This document shows positions 14,283 through 26,940 of a stretch of 64,000 nt of DNA, piece after piece. The notes below the pieces were generated by a model, which saw only the letters and a list, made by a program, of their open reading frames with translations, searched no databases and had not been told where the DNA came from. The stretch covers positions 1 to 64,000 of the forward strand of contig CAUYUJ010000133.1 of the NCBI GenBank assembly GCA_963575745.1, written 5' to 3'. The DNA comes from Prorocentrum cordatum. Its lineage: Eukaryota. Each line of letters starts with the position of its first letter. Position 1 is the first letter of the stretch. The position numbers and the translations under genes are program-made.

Positions 14283-15519
14283 GAGCGATCAGGGCAAGGA
14301 TGGGGAAGTGGAATGTGAGGAAGCAAAGGGGAGAACGATCGCTACGATGTTGAACGCTGGCACGTTAGATGCTCAACTCGACGCGTCCGTGGGAGGCCCT
14401 CCAGTGAGCTAGCAATGTTGCGTATCTGCCTGCACTAGCATCGACGATGCATCGGCGACGTCGGCGATTCATCGGCGATGTCGGCGTGGGAAACATCGGG
14501 CTCCGCATCGAGCCGCATTGCCGAGGCACCGGCGATGCGGCGCGATCCTCTGGGCCTGGACCCTCACAGATCGAGCCGGCTCGAACACCAGCGCAGAAAG
14601 ATGGGGTCCAGGGCTCTGGTCGTGATTTCCCGCGCTGCAGCAATTTTTTCGCCGGGCCCCGGGACCGTCGACAGGAACGGCCCGGGACGAAAAGCAGGTC
14701 CCGGGGAAGGGGTCCAGACCTCTAGGGGCCCTGAGATCCGACGTTGCACAAAACATGCAACATCGCGAATCACAATCGCCAAATCGATCTGCGAGGATCC
14801 TGGGGCCCGACACGGGGCGAGCACGCCCGTGGAATCAAAGCATTGCCCCGCGCGAAACAGGGCGAACACGCCCGCTGAAGAGAAAGAATGGCAACGCCAG
14901 GACCTCGGGGAAGCCACGCCGCGAGCAAGAACCACGATGCCGGACGTCTTGGACCCCACCAAGAGTGCAGGAGCAGCGCAGCCCCGCTCCGAGACGCCGC
15001 CGCCGCGCCCTCGGCGACGCGCGCGAGCCCGCCGCACCTCGCGCTGCTCCGCCGGGGGGGGGGGGCGCGCTGCTCCACAGGGCAGGGAGGGGGTGGGGCC
15101 GCCAGGGCAGGCGCGCGTGGCGCCTCCCTCCAAGAGGGAGGGGGAAGCGGGAGAGGGGGGACAGGGGACGGGGCACGTCGACGAGGGCAGCCAGAGAACG
15201 GCGAGGGGGGCCGCGAGGAGGACGCGAGGACGGGCACGTGCAGACGAGAGGAAGCAGAGCAGCCGGGGCGGGCGCGCGTGGCCTCCTCCACCGGGGCCAC
15301 ACCGCTGTCCTGGCGCTCCCGGCGGCGCTCGAGACGGCGCCGCTCGGTGCGACAGCGGCGCGCGGCGGCGGCGACGCTCGCCGGCGTCGCCGTGGCCCCC
15401 GGCGGCTCTCTCGGCGGCACGCGGCGACGGCGGCGCTCGGCGGCGGCGGCGGCGGCGGCCCCCGCGCGCGCACCCCCCAGGCTCCGGCGGACTGGCCTCT
15501 GTCTGCAGGCCTCTGAGAG

Positions 15520-15690
15520 GGGGTCGGAGCAGATGGGGTCGAAGCATGGCGCCGCATGGCCGATGCATCGGCGATGCGTCTCGATGTGGAGCCCGACTCT
15601 CTCCGCGCCGGTGGCGCCGATGCCTCGCCGACGTCGCCGATGCATCGCCGCTGCGGCGCGATCCTCCGACCCCATCTACTCGGACCCCAC
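15520..15690. mobile_element. Palindromic MITE family; other copies ~14443-14575 and 50410-50585 in the opposite orientation
   Basis: Inverted ends GGGGTC.GAG.AGATGGGGTC ... GACCCCATCT.CTCGG.CCC with CATCGGCGATG-rich arms. Confidence 0.7.
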
Positions 15691-18043
15691 CCAGGAGGCC
15701 TCTACCGTCGGTCCCGAAGCGCAGAGGGCACCCGCGCCTGCGCCACCACCACGCCCGGCCGGGGCCAGCCTGGGCCCTGCCACGGTATCCGTGCCCCGCG
15801 CCCCTCGAAGGGGGACTCCACCAGCGGGCCCTGTGGCCAGTGACGCAGCGAACGCAACCCTCCCCGATGAGGGCAGTGCTGCACTGCCAGAGAGAGACCC
15901 TGAGCAAATGTCCAAAACACCCGTTCGTGAGGACCCGTTGCGGTGCCGCTGACGTGCCCTCGCCCAGCCGCGGCCGGAAGGGCTGATGCGCCGTCGCGGG
16001 GCCAGGGATGGCCCCCCTGGCCTGGCACAGCATCATCATCCCCCTGCTCCCTCCAGGAGTTCGGAGTTCGAGGATTCGAGTCTGGGTTGGCTTAAGTTCG
16101 GCCTTTGGGCGTATACGTCATGGCATCTGTGCCCTCGCAGCCGCGGCCAGGAGGGCTGATACGCCGTCGTGGGGCCCAGGCCCTGGTCAGGCATGGTAGT
16201 TGTGTATCAGTGTTTTCGCGGACACGACGTTTTCCACAAGTTAGCCTCCAAGAGCAATGTTCGGGCTCTGAGGTCATCAGGAAACAGGAAAGGGGTCGGA
16301 AGGGAAAGGGTCCACCCACTCGCCGGAGATGGGATCGGCATTCCACCTCCTCTTTCTCCTCCTCCTCCTCCACTTCCTCCTCCTCCTTCTGCTCCTGCTC
16401 TCCCTCCTCCTCCTCCTCCTCCTCCTCCTCCTCCTCCTCCTCCTCCTCCATCCCTCTCCGTTCTCAATGCCGCCTCCCTGTCGCATCCCGACAGGAGTCG
16501 GTAGGGCGGGCCAGGCGGTTCACCTGAGACTCCCTCAACATTTGTGATCCAGAAGCTTGATATCTGCAAAGAGTTTTACGGATGGAGGGCAGGTTGCACA
16601 TTCGACTGAAAAGCTTACAAGAGCTTCACGGACCTTCTTTGATAGATCTCCTCCAACATGGTCCCAAGAGCGCCCCGAAGGCTCCCAAGAGCGCCCCAAG
16701 AGCGCCCCAAGTGCCCCCCAAGAGGGCCCCAAGAGGCCCCAAGAGGCGCACAAGAGGCCTCCAAGAGGCTCCCAAGAGACTCCCAAGAGACTCCCAAGAG
16801 GCCCCCCGAGATACGCAAGAGGCCCCCGGGACCGCCAAGAGGCCCCAAAGACGGTCCAAGAGGCTCCCAAGCTCGGCATTGTCCTCCTCCTCCTCCTCCT
16901 CCTCCTCCTCCTCCTCCTCCTCCTCTTTTTCGTCCTCCTCCCTCCTCCCCCATCCCTCTCCTCCTCCTCGTCCTCCTTCTCCTCCTCCTTCTCCTCCTTC
17001 TCCTGCTCCTCCTTCTCGTCTTCCACGTCCTCGCCCTCCTCCATCTCCTCCTCCTCATCTTCCTCCTCCTCCTCCTCCCCCTCCTCCTCCTGCTCCTCCT
17101 CCTGCTCCTCCTCTTCCTCCTCCTACTCCGACGACGACGACTCCTCATACATCCTCCCCCTCTTGGGGTATATGGTGGCTTACCCCGCCCTGTGTTCTTC
17201 TGCATGCTCCCCCGCTTCCCTCATCACCTCCACTCCCCTGGGACTCATTTCTGGACGGGCTGGTGGGGATACTTTTTCGGTCGCGGCCGCGAGACGACGG
17301 TCAGGCGGCGAGAGCAAAGTCCGGGACGCGAACTAGGCGAATTAGCAAAGACAGGCGCAGGCCGGCCAGCCCACTCAGACAGCAGCTGCGAGCTGACGGG
17401 TGGAGCTGAACTGAACGGCGCACTGCATGCTCGGGCACCTGCACAGGACAAAATGTCACGGAATTCTCGCAGCCAAGGCACAACCCGCACGCAGGGGACT
17501 CGGACCACGGTGGGCAAGTCGTGCTTGGTGATGACGTGATTGTCGTGCTGGTGGGGATACGCGAAGCGTCTAGATTCTTTGGAATGGTACAGTGGCACGG
17601 TTGAAGATGTTCAGACGGTCGTCGTCCAACGGGGCTCTTCCCACAGTGAAAACACATCCTGTCTGGAGTCTCTAAAGAGGGAACTTGGAGGGAGGCTTGA
17701 TTGCAACATCGTTGGTGGGTCGTGCGTTTACACTGGTCCTCCTCCTCCTCCTCCCCCTCCTCCTCCTCCTCCTCCTCCTCCTCCTCCCCCTCCTCCTCCT
17801 CCTCCTCCTCCTCCTCCCCCGACGGCCGCGCCGACGACGACGGCGACGAGGGCGACGGCGACGAGGGCGCCAGCGACCCGGGCGGCGCGCAGCGCCTGCA
17901 CGGTGGTCATGAACAGCACGCAGGAGACCACGCCTGCGGGGCCGCGGCGCACGGCGGGCACGTCCTAGCGGCGCGGCTTAAAGAGCGGAGCGCGGTCCGC
18001 AGTTCGCGCGCGCTGCGCGCACGAGGGCCGAATGCGCCGCGGG

Positions 18044-18092
<49 letters not shown>

Positions 18093-18396
18093 GCGTCGTC
18101 GCCGTTGCCCCCGTCGCCGCCGCCGCCGCCGTCGCCACAGGCGGGCAACACGCAGAGTTGGCTGAAAAGGCGGTGCAAGGTGGGTAACGACGGTGTCCCT
18201 AGGGGAACACAAGGTGACATACATTATATTACCCTGGCGACGTACCCAACCCTTGCACAATGCGGGGCATAAATACATCAGGATTGCTACAACGGGGGCG
18301 ATGACGTAACATGGACGCCTGTGATTTTGCGAGCAGCAATCGGAAGGCTCGCAGGCCCCCGATCAGGATATAAGGGCGTGGTAATGGTTACCAACG

Positions 18397-19010
18397 CAGC
18401 CCCCGCCAGGGACGGCGAGGTCTCGCTAAGGTCCCCGCGGTGCCTCACTCCGCTGGACCCACAAGCAGCCCTCGAAAGTGGCGACAGTTTCGCAGATCGC
18501 AGCCCCCCAGGGACGGCGAGGTCTACCTCAGATCCCCGCGGAGCCTCAGCCCGCAGGACCCACCAGCAGCCCTCGAAAGTGGCGACAGTTTCGCAGATCG
18601 CAGCCCCCCAGGGACGGCGAGGTCCCGTTCAGATCCCCGCGGTGCCTCACTCCGCTGGACCCACCAGCAGCCCTCGAAAGTGGCGAGAGTTTCGCAGATC
18701 GCAGCTACCCAGGGACGGCGAGGTCTACCTCAGATCCCCGCGGTGCCTCAGTCCGCAGGACCCACAAGCAGCCCTCGAAAGTGGCGACAGTTTCGCAGAT
18801 CGCAGCCCCCCAGGGACGGCGAGGTCTACCTCAGATCCCCGCGGTGCCTCAGTCCGCAGGACCCACCAGCAGCCCTCGAAAGTGGCGACAGTTTCGCAGA
18901 TCGCAGCCCCCCAGGGACGGCGAGGTCCCGTTCAGATCCCCGCGGAGCCTCAGCCCGCAGGACCCACAAGCAGCCCTCGAAAGTGGCGACAGTTTCTCAG
19001 ATCGCAACCC
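18397..19010. repeat. Tandem repeat, ~101-bp unit, ~6 copies
   Basis: CCCTCGAAAGTGGCGA recurs at ~18470, 18570, 18671, 18772, 18873 and 18974. Confidence 0.95.
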
Positions 19011-19556
19011 CCATCGTCGGCGAAGAGAGGGCAGGAGGAGGCGGGAGAAGGAGAAGGAGGGACGCGACCACAGTGCTCTGTTCAAAACGGATACCCAACC
19101 AAAGAGGGTTGGGAAAAACTTGGAGGTCCGCGAGGATTTCTCGGATCGGCGTTGGACCCCCTCCCTGGCGCGCGGAGCGCGCCAGGGGCGGCGCCCGAGG
19201 CGCCGCCAGGGGGGCCCCAGCGCCGATCGGAGGAATCCGCGCGGACCTCCGAGTGGGTATGTTTATGTCACTTTTTGCTCCCCTGGCCTCTCCACCGGAG
19301 AGCGTCGCGAGAAGGGCGCGGCTGCTCAGCTCGGCCAGGTCGCAGGCGAGGGCGGCTCGCTGCTGCACCGGGCGGGCGGGAGCGTCGATCGGTTTCCTGG
19401 AGACTCCGAGGCGGTCGGGGAGGTGTGCTCGTGGGAGTGTGCGCTGGGCGGGGCACAAGACTTAAGTCGGGCATGTCCCCCTCCAGGCGGATATTAAACG
19501 AAAAATGGAAAATAGTCAGAAAATATTCAAGAATGGCGAAAAATATCCCAGTGCGA

Positions 19557-20185
19557 CCCTACCTAGGAGTTGGAACCCCTAGGAAAGCAGCATTAGTAGT
19601 AACAGTAACGCTAAGCTAAAGCTAAGCTAAAGCTAAGCTAAAGCTAAGCCACAGCTAAGCTAAAGCTAAGCGAAAGCTAAGCGAAAGCTAAGCGAAAGCT
19701 AAGCTAAAGCTAAGCTAAAGCTAAGCGAAAGCTAAGCTAAAGCTAAGCTAAAGCTAAGCTAAAGCTGGGCAACAGCTAAGCTACAGCTAAGCTACAGCTA
19801 AGCTAAAGCTAAGCTAAAGCTAAGCTAAAGCTAAGCTAAAGCTAAGCTAAGGCTAAGCTAAAGCTAAGCTAAAGCTAAGCTAAAGCTAAGCTAAAGCTAA
19901 GCTAAGCTAAGCTAAGCTAAAGCTAAGCTAAAGCTAAGCTAAAGCTAAGCTAAAGCTAAGCTAAGCTAAAACGCTAAGCTAAAGCTAAGCTAAGCTAAGC
20001 TAAAGCTAAGCTAAAGCTAAGCTAAAGCTAAAGCTAAAGCTAAAGCTAAAGCTAAAGCTAAAGCTCCCAGGGGACTGGGGGGAACCGCTCCCAGGGGACT
20101 GGGGGAACCGCCTGGGGCGTGTTCCACTGCCCGGCCCCTTTAAGCTAAGAGAGTAAGAACCCTTCTAGGCAGAGCCTAGGTAGGG
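19557..20185. repeat. (GCTAAGCTAAA)n satellite element with CCCTACCTAGG/CCTAGGTAGGG inverted ends, nested in an M1 MITE
   Basis: Satellite at 19609-20064; inverted 11-mers at ~19557 and ~20175; M1 TIRs at 19465 and 20283. Confidence 0.75.
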
Positions 20186-21630
20186 AAATAGTCAAGAATG
20201 GCAAAACAATAGTCAAAAAATCGTCCCCTGACTGTTTTTCGACTATTTTTGAATAGTCCTCCTGCAGAGGGACAGGCCCGACTTCACAGAAGACTCACGC
20301 ACGTGGCGCAGCGTGGAGCGCAGAGCGGCCGGCCAGCTCGGCAGGGCTGTGCCGGAGGCGCGTCACGCCGCGCATGGTAAGGGGCAGAGGCGGAGGGAGG
20401 ACGGAGGAAGAGGAGGAGAAGGATGAGGCGGAGAGGGAGGGAGGAGGTGGATCGGTGTGGTCTCTGGTGGGTTTGGGAGGTGGTCCTGGTGGTTTGCTCT
20501 CTTGTCGCAGGATCTCTGTGTGGCTTCCTCTTCCTGCAGACATGGAAGAGGCAGGAGGAGCAACGGTACTGAAGACGCATGCGATCATACATCCCGCGAA
20601 CCGTGCTTGCACCGAGCCTCTGTGCAAGCACGGTCAAGAACCCCTCAGCGAGGGGTTCTTAACCAGTTGGCTTACTGCTTTGGGGAGGCATGTGCACCGC
20701 TCTCCAGACCCCCTCGCGCTTTGAAAACAAATATGAAAAAAAGAGGGGATTGTTCTCACTACTTTCAGCCTCCCGGGGCCCTCACCTGGCCCCGGGACCG
20801 TCAAAAAACGGCACAAGATGAAAAACTGGTCCCAGGGAAGAGGTCCAGGCCTCTGGGAGTCGACGTTGTGAAAAAACTCGACACGTCGAGGGTCTGGGTC
20901 CTGGGCCCAGGATGGGCCTGGCCAGAAGTAGTAGACGCGAACAGATCTCGTCGCCCGACACGCGCGTCAGCAGGCAGCCCCGAGGGAACCAAAAATTGCC
21001 GATTCCGCTACGCACCTCTCCGGGGTCCGCTCAGACCACAATTTCGAAGCGAATCCAGCCGCGGCGACGAGGGCCTTCCAGGAGGCCCACACCGGCGACA
21101 ACGAGCCACAAGGGTAGCGGTATCGATACCTTTCCTCGTCTGGAGGCCGGCTCCCAGACCCCGGACGCCATGATGTGCGTTATGACGTCGACCCCCAGAA
21201 GGCTTGACCCATTCCTCAGGTTCAGCCATCTTTTTTATCCCAATCCCCTGCCTGCCTGATTTTCACGTCCGTCGAGGCGCCCCTGCGGCATTCCTTGCAA
21301 GGCGCACCCCGCTGCCACAGGAGGGGAAAAGCAGAGACACGGGCGTCTGAGACGACACGCCTCCATGACCGGGCTTGAGTTCAATCAGCGGCGACGGCAA
21401 AGCTGGCGTCCACAGGATACCCCAGCACCGAGCTCGAGCGCTGGGGGCACGTGCGCTCTCCTGCACGCGGGAGCGCCAGGGAGCCCTGAGAACAGACCTG
21501 CGCGCTGAGCTCAAGCGCTGCTGGCCCTGTCGCAGCATGCGCCGCGAGACGCCTGCGCGCTGTCGGCAGGGGCACCTCGAGGGCCTCGGGCGCCCCGGGG
21601 GCTTCACGGCGTTCGAGGGCCTCGAGGCTC

Positions 21631-22659
21631 TCAGTACAAGAAGTTCTTGGACTTTGCGCTGAGCTGCTTGGTCTCGTGCTGCATCTTCGCCATCAGCTTC
21701 GACAGCGCCTTCACGTCGCCCTTCTCGATGCTCCCGATCGCCTCGTTCAGCTCGGCCAGCTCCGCCGCCTTCAGGGCGCGGGCCTTCTTGTAGCTCCGCC
21801 TCGCCTGCTTCTTCAGCATGGTGAGCACCTTCTGGCCCTGCTGGATGGCGTCCTTCTGGCCCTGCGTGGGTACCTGTTTGTTCGCCACCTTCTCCAGCTC
21901 GGCCTCGCGACCCTTCTCCTCGGTGTCCAGGCGCTCCAGGGCCGCGGTGAGGTTCTTGGCGCGGGAGCGCAGGTCGGCCACGACGTGCTCCAGGGACGCC
22001 GGCACTTTCGAGGGCGCCTGCACGTGCTGCTTGCCCTCGGCCCTCGGCGCCGCGGACATGGTCTTGGCCATGGCTTCGAGGCTGGCCAGCTCGGCCTCCT
22101 GCTGCCGCGCCTCCTCCTGGGAGCCGCCCTCCGCCTGCTCCGCCTTCTCGAGGATCTCCTTCTGCATCTGGGCCTCCTTCAGCATGGTCTCGTCCTTGGC
22201 CAACACTGCCCTCTTCTGCTCCAGCTCCCTCTTCAGCTCCACGATGCGCGCCGCCGCGCTGGCCTCCTTCTCTTCGGCCGTCTTCTCCTTCGCGAGGGCG
22301 TCCCTGGCGGCCTTCTCCCACGTCCCCTGGAGGCCCTGCAGCGAGGTGATGGCGTGGCCAACGAGCTTCATCTTCTCGGCCTTCGAGATGCTCCCCGACT
22401 CGATCTCCTTCGCGGCCTGCTCCACCTCCTGCGTCACCTTCTTGGCGGCGCCGGCCATCTCTGGGCTCATCCGAGGGTTGGACGTCAGCTTGGCGAGGGC
22501 CTGCTCCACGGCGTTGATGGCCGCGACGGCAGCGGTGGCCTCGCTGGACCCCCTAGACGAGCTCTTCGCGTGGAGGGCGGTGCTGTTCCTGCGGAAGGCG
22601 GCGCCCCCAACGAGGAGGCGCGCGACCAGCACCAGCGCCAGGCTCGCTTTCGGGAACAT
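21631..22659 (-). CDS. Intronless 342-aa protein with N-terminal signal peptide and long Ala/Glu/Lys coiled-coil; function unknown; probable retrogene
   Basis: Open frame with strong G/C third-position bias. ATG at 22659 gives MFPKASLALVLVARLLVGGAAF (hydrophobic leader) and the protein ends KSKNFLY*. A relic spliced leader lies ~80 nt upstream of the ATG. Confidence 0.85.
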   Translation of the reverse strand: MFPKASLALVLVARLLVGGAAFRRNSTALHAKSSSRGSSEATAAVAAINAVEQALAKLTSNPRMSPEMAGAAKKVTQEVEQAAKEIESGSISKAEKMKLVGHAITSLQGLQGTWEKAARDALAKEKTAEEKEASAAARIVELKRELEQKRAVLAKDETMLKEAQMQKEILEKAEQAEGGSQEEARQQEAELASLEAMAKTMSAAPRAEGKQHVQAPSKVPASLEHVVADLRSRAKNLTAALERLDTEEKGREAELEKVANKQVPTQGQKDAIQQGQKVLTMLKKQARRSYKKARALKAAELAELNEAIGSIEKGDVKALSKLMAKMQHETKQLSAKSKNFLY

Positions 22660-22741
22660 GTCTCTGTGGCTGCGTTGGCGCTGTCGCGCGGCGGAGAGTC
22701 CGAAGGGTCGCTGCGGCGACCGGGAGTGCCGCGCGGAGATG

Positions 22742-22763
22742 CTGGAGCCGCAACGGCTACGGT
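22742..22763 (-). other. Relic dinoflagellate spliced leader (DinoSL)
   Basis: Minus strand reads ACCGTAGCCGTTGCGGCTCCAG versus DinoSL ACCGTAGCCATTTTGGCTCAAG: 18/22 identical, ungapped, sense orientation, in the 5' UTR position of the CDS. Confidence 0.8.
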
Positions 22764-22958
22764 ACGCACTCCCCCGGTCCAGCTCTTCGTCCCGAGTCGT
22801 GTTTGGACGGTCCCTGGGGCCGGGAAGCCCCAATCAGATAGGCCGAAGATAGATTTGTCCCAAACAACCTGCGCTGTTGGGTCCTCGTTTTGAGGAGACG
22901 GTCCCCGCATCTCCTCCTCCTCCTCCTCCTCCTTTTCCCTCCCCCCTCCTCTCATCAC

Positions 22959-23018
<60 letters not shown>

Positions 23019-23173
23019 CATCATCATCATCATTATCATCATCATCATCATCATCATCCCCATCAGCATCATCATCACCAGCAGCATCAGCATCATCCGC
23101 ATCGTCATCAGCAGCATCGTCACCATCGTCATCATCATCATCATCACCAACAACAACATCAGCATCATCACCG

Positions 23174-23652
23174 CCCAGTACAGCGTTTCGTGGCTCCACG
23201 GGGAGCGCCACCAAGGTCCCCGTGGCGCAGTCCGCATGCGTCCCCCCCCCCCCAATCCAACACAGCGCTTCGTGGCCCCATATGGGGCTCCACCGAAGGT
23301 CCCCGTGGCGCAGTCCGCATGCGTCCCCCCCCCCCCACCCAACACAGCGCTTCGTGGCCCCATATGGGGCTCCACCGAAGGTCCCCGTGGCGAAGTCCGC
23401 ATGCGTCTCCCTCACCCAGTACAGCGCTTCGTGGCCCCATAGGGAGCGCCACCGAAGGTCCCCGTGGCGCAGTCCGCATGCGTCTCCACCACCCAGTACA
23501 GCTTTCCGTGGCCCCATAGGGAGCTCCACCGAAGGTCCCCGTGGCGCAGTGGGCATGCGGTTCCCCCACCCAATACAGCGTGTCGTGGCCCCCTAGGGAG
23601 CTCCACCGAAGGTCCCCGTGGCGCAGTCCGCGTGCGTCTCCCCCACCCAATA
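23174..23652. repeat. Minisatellite, ~78-80-bp unit (CAGCGCTTCGTGGCCCCATA..CCACCGAAGGTCCCCGTGGCGCAGTCCGCATGCGTC), 6 copies
   Basis: AAGGTCCCCGTGGCG recurs at ~23213, 23296, 23378, 23455, 23532 and 23609. Confidence 0.9.
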
Positions 23653-26600
23653 CACCTCCGTCGGAGGCCGCCGGAGTTCCGCGCCTCGCTCGCCCGCCGT
23701 CGCTCTGCCCAGTGGCAAAAGGCCTGCCCGCTATCAGCCAGCCAGCTAGTTTTTTTGCTCCGCGCAGCGGACGACCCGCGCGCGTCGCTGGGACCCCTCC
23801 GGGGCGACCTGCGCGCGTCGCGGGGACTCCGCGCTGCGCTGCGCCCGCAGGATTGGACTTTTGAGTGCGCGGGCAAAGAGGGAGTAAACGAAGGGCAGGA
23901 AGCGGGCGCGATCCTCGCGGGGGGGCGCGCCGACATTGGCGTCGCGGCGCGCGGGCGATGCCGTCGGGGAGTCCCGGGGAAGCCCCTTGCGGCGGCCACG
24001 CCCAGCGTCACGAGTACTCAGAAGCAGTCATTCTCAAACTATTGACATTCAAATACAATTACACCATGCTTTGTCATACTCGCATTCATGCACGTAGACT
24101 CGCTCGCACGCATATTCATTCACAGTCAGACGCACTCGCGCTCAGAATCACCCGCGCCCAGTCTCCCTACGTACTCAGATCAATCGTTTTCGTTTGCGTT
24201 GTGTCACTCATTTCGGCACACCCCTAGCACGGTTCGTTGCCTCAGAGGGATCACCACCGAAAAAGTGAATCACAATTGCGGCACTCACCTTCGTCAGGCT
24301 AATTTAAGCCTCCCGTCACGATTCTTCTCGGGTCTGGGCGCCCTCGCTTGCTCGGGGCGTCCAAGGGGGGGGCGTTCACGAGGGGGCTCGTACACGAGGG
24401 GAGCTCGCAGATCGTGGCCCGAGGCATGTACGCGGCCCAAGAGAGGGGGCCAGGGAACGTGCTGAATCAAGAAGAGGGGCACTGAAATCTGGGGAAAGAT
24501 GGTGGCCGCGGCCATGATGTCCACTCCCCCTCCTCCTCGATCCTCCTCGATCCTCCTTCTCCTCCTCCTCCTCCTCCTCCTCCCCCTCCTCCTCCTCCTC
24601 GATCCTCCTCCTCCTCGATCCTCCTCCTCCTCCTCCTCCTCCTCCTCCTCCTCCTCCTCCTCCTCCTCCAGCCTCCGACGGCAGCTCCGGGACGACCTGG
24701 GCGCCCCCGGAGACTCTCGGCGAGGCGCAGCTGCTGGAGAGCATCCCCGAGGCTGGAAAACCGCCGACAGCCGACGAAAACGCCCGTTAACCTCGACCCC
24801 ACCCCAGACATGATCGCGTCGCTAAAAAATCAGGACGGCAAATGTTTCACTACTTTCGGCCCCTGGGGTCCCTCGTCGGGCCCCAGGACCGTCGAAAAAC
24901 GGCTCAGGATGAAAAACCGGCCCCGGGGAAAGGATCGGGATTTCCAAGGACGCCGTCCTGAAAAAATCAAGACGTCGCATGTCTGGGACCCTGTCTGGGG
25001 AAACCAACAGGTACCGATACGGCTACTCTCCCGACCTCCCCAGGAGTGCGCTACTGACCAGGATGTCGAGGCGAGTCCAGCGGTGACGACGAGGGCATCC
25101 CAGGAAGCCCACACAGGCGAAATCGAGGCATTACTGTTGCGTCCCCCGCGCGCTGAGCCAGCCGCAGCGCCTGGGCGCGCGTATACGACGCCGAGGCGCG
25201 CCCACGCCAGCTCCAAGGCGCCCAGGCGCGCATCGGCTGCTCTACGTCGCCGCCGCCGCCGCCACCGCCGCCGCTGCCGCCGCCGCCACATTACCTATCG
25301 GTCGGAAGAAGTAGGTAGAAACACGAAGTAGGAAAGCCTTGAAAGTAGATAGGGTTCCGTCCGCCTTCTGAGGAGGACGGAAAACAGGTGAAGCCACTCG
25401 ATCATGGAAGGAGGGCGCTTATTAAAGTAGATCTGGAATATGGGAATCCAAGAATACCTGTCTTCAACGACCGATGGGTATTGCTTTGCCGTGCGCACCC
25501 AGCGCGCTCGAGCGCACAGCGCTGCGGCTTCGCCTTGGCGCCCCGGCGCAAGCGCGCGCGCGGCCCCACTCACTGGGCGTGCCGCCCGCCGCCGCCGAAG
25601 CCTTCGCGCCGAGCTCAGTCCGCCGCCGGCGGCGACGGCCCCGGGTCCCGCAGGTGCGCCAGCGGGTAGCCCAGCTCCCGCACCTGGGCCAAGAGGGAGC
25701 GGAAGCTACTTGGATCGCCGCGGTGGTTGCTAAGGGGATGGTAGGGGTTTGAAATGGATGCTAAAGTGGGTCTGATCTTGCCTAACCCACGTTGTAAGTG
25801 GGTTGCAAGGGCCCTATGTGGCTTAGGATGATGGGCTAAATCCGCAAAGTGGGCTCCGCCCACTTAGCCCAGATCTGTACACCCTTGAGCCACTTCGGGC
25901 AATGCATTGCAACCCCACAAATCTATTGCACCAAATCTATTGCACCACCCCCTTGTCGCTGGACCCCCTGTTGGGTCAACCCGAGCCACGAGGGAGCGGA
26001 GGCTGGAGGAACGAAGAACGACATAAGCATAAAAGCTCGGAAGTCCGAGCGGATTTCTCGGATCCGCGATGCCCCCCCTCCCTCCCCGGCGACGCCTCCG
26101 GCGCCGTCCCTGGAGCGCTCCGCGCGAAGGAGGAGGGTCCAGCCAGCGCAGGTCCGAGGAATCGGCGCGGACCGCCGAGTTATTATGTTTAGGTCATTCT
26201 CCGTTCTCCTAGAAGCGACGACCCCAGCGCTCGGGCCGCCCGATGCGCAGGTGCTGCTTCTCGGAGGAGGAAGAGGCACCGATACCGCCAACCTCTTGCC
26301 TCGTTCTCGCTCGTGTCGGCCTCCCGGAAGGCCCTCGCCCCAAATCAATTGCAGCCCCACAAATCGACTGCACCAAGTGTATTGCACCACTTTGTTCTCG
26401 CTGGACCCCCTTGTGGGTCAACCAGATTCTCGGTATCGCTCGGACGTCCATTCCCCGTGAATTGGCTGATTTCTGGCGTTTTTGTTGCCAGATGATCCAG
26501 GATACTCCTCGAGTGTCCTCGCCGAGAAAAAAAGAACACGTCCGAGCGATGCCTAGGATTTGGCGGGTGTTCCAGCCTCGGAATGCTCTCCTGCAGCTGC

Positions 26601-26940
26601 GCCTCGCCGAAGACGCTTCCCGGGGGTGCCCGCATCGTCCCAAGCGGCCGCCGGAGACCGGAGACAATCCGATCGATGGCCTGGAAACACCGAAGCCAGA
26701 TCTCCGACGACCCAGAAGACCGACCTTCGTCCTGCAGAAGCGCCTGTAGGAGGCGTATTCCCCCTCCTCCCTTTGTGATGCTCCTCCTCCCCCTCCTCCC
26801 TCTTCTTCCTCCCCAAACTCCCCATCGTCATCCGCATCTCGTCCCATCCTCCTTCTTCCTCCTCCTCCTCCTCCTCCTCCTCCTCCTCCTCTTCCTATCC
26901 TCGTTATTCCTCCCTTCTCAAACTCTTCTTGTCGAAAAAA

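Noticed and set aside
14478..16039. ~500-aa overlapping Arg/Pro/Gly-rich ORFs on both strands
   Set aside because: Very high GC sequence crossing MITE copies; no coherent protein signal.
17820..18045. Signal-peptide-like MTTVQALRAARVAGALVAVALVAVVVG with a faint upstream SL resemblance
   Set aside because: The hydrophobic run coincides with a GTC/GCC microsatellite and no in-phase continuation was found.
18397..19010. CRISPR-like regular array (also 23174-23652 and 28491-28830)
   Set aside because: Units are repeated along their whole length with no unique spacers and no cas genes; these are ordinary minisatellites.
22660..22833. First 58 residues of the 400-aa ORF
   Set aside because: Non-ATG start, spans the SL relic and would bury the signal peptide; interpreted as 5' UTR.
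21676..22893. Long plus-strand ORFs opposite real genes (also around 51.5-53.2 kb)
   Set aside because: Antisense shadows caused by high GC3 codon bias.
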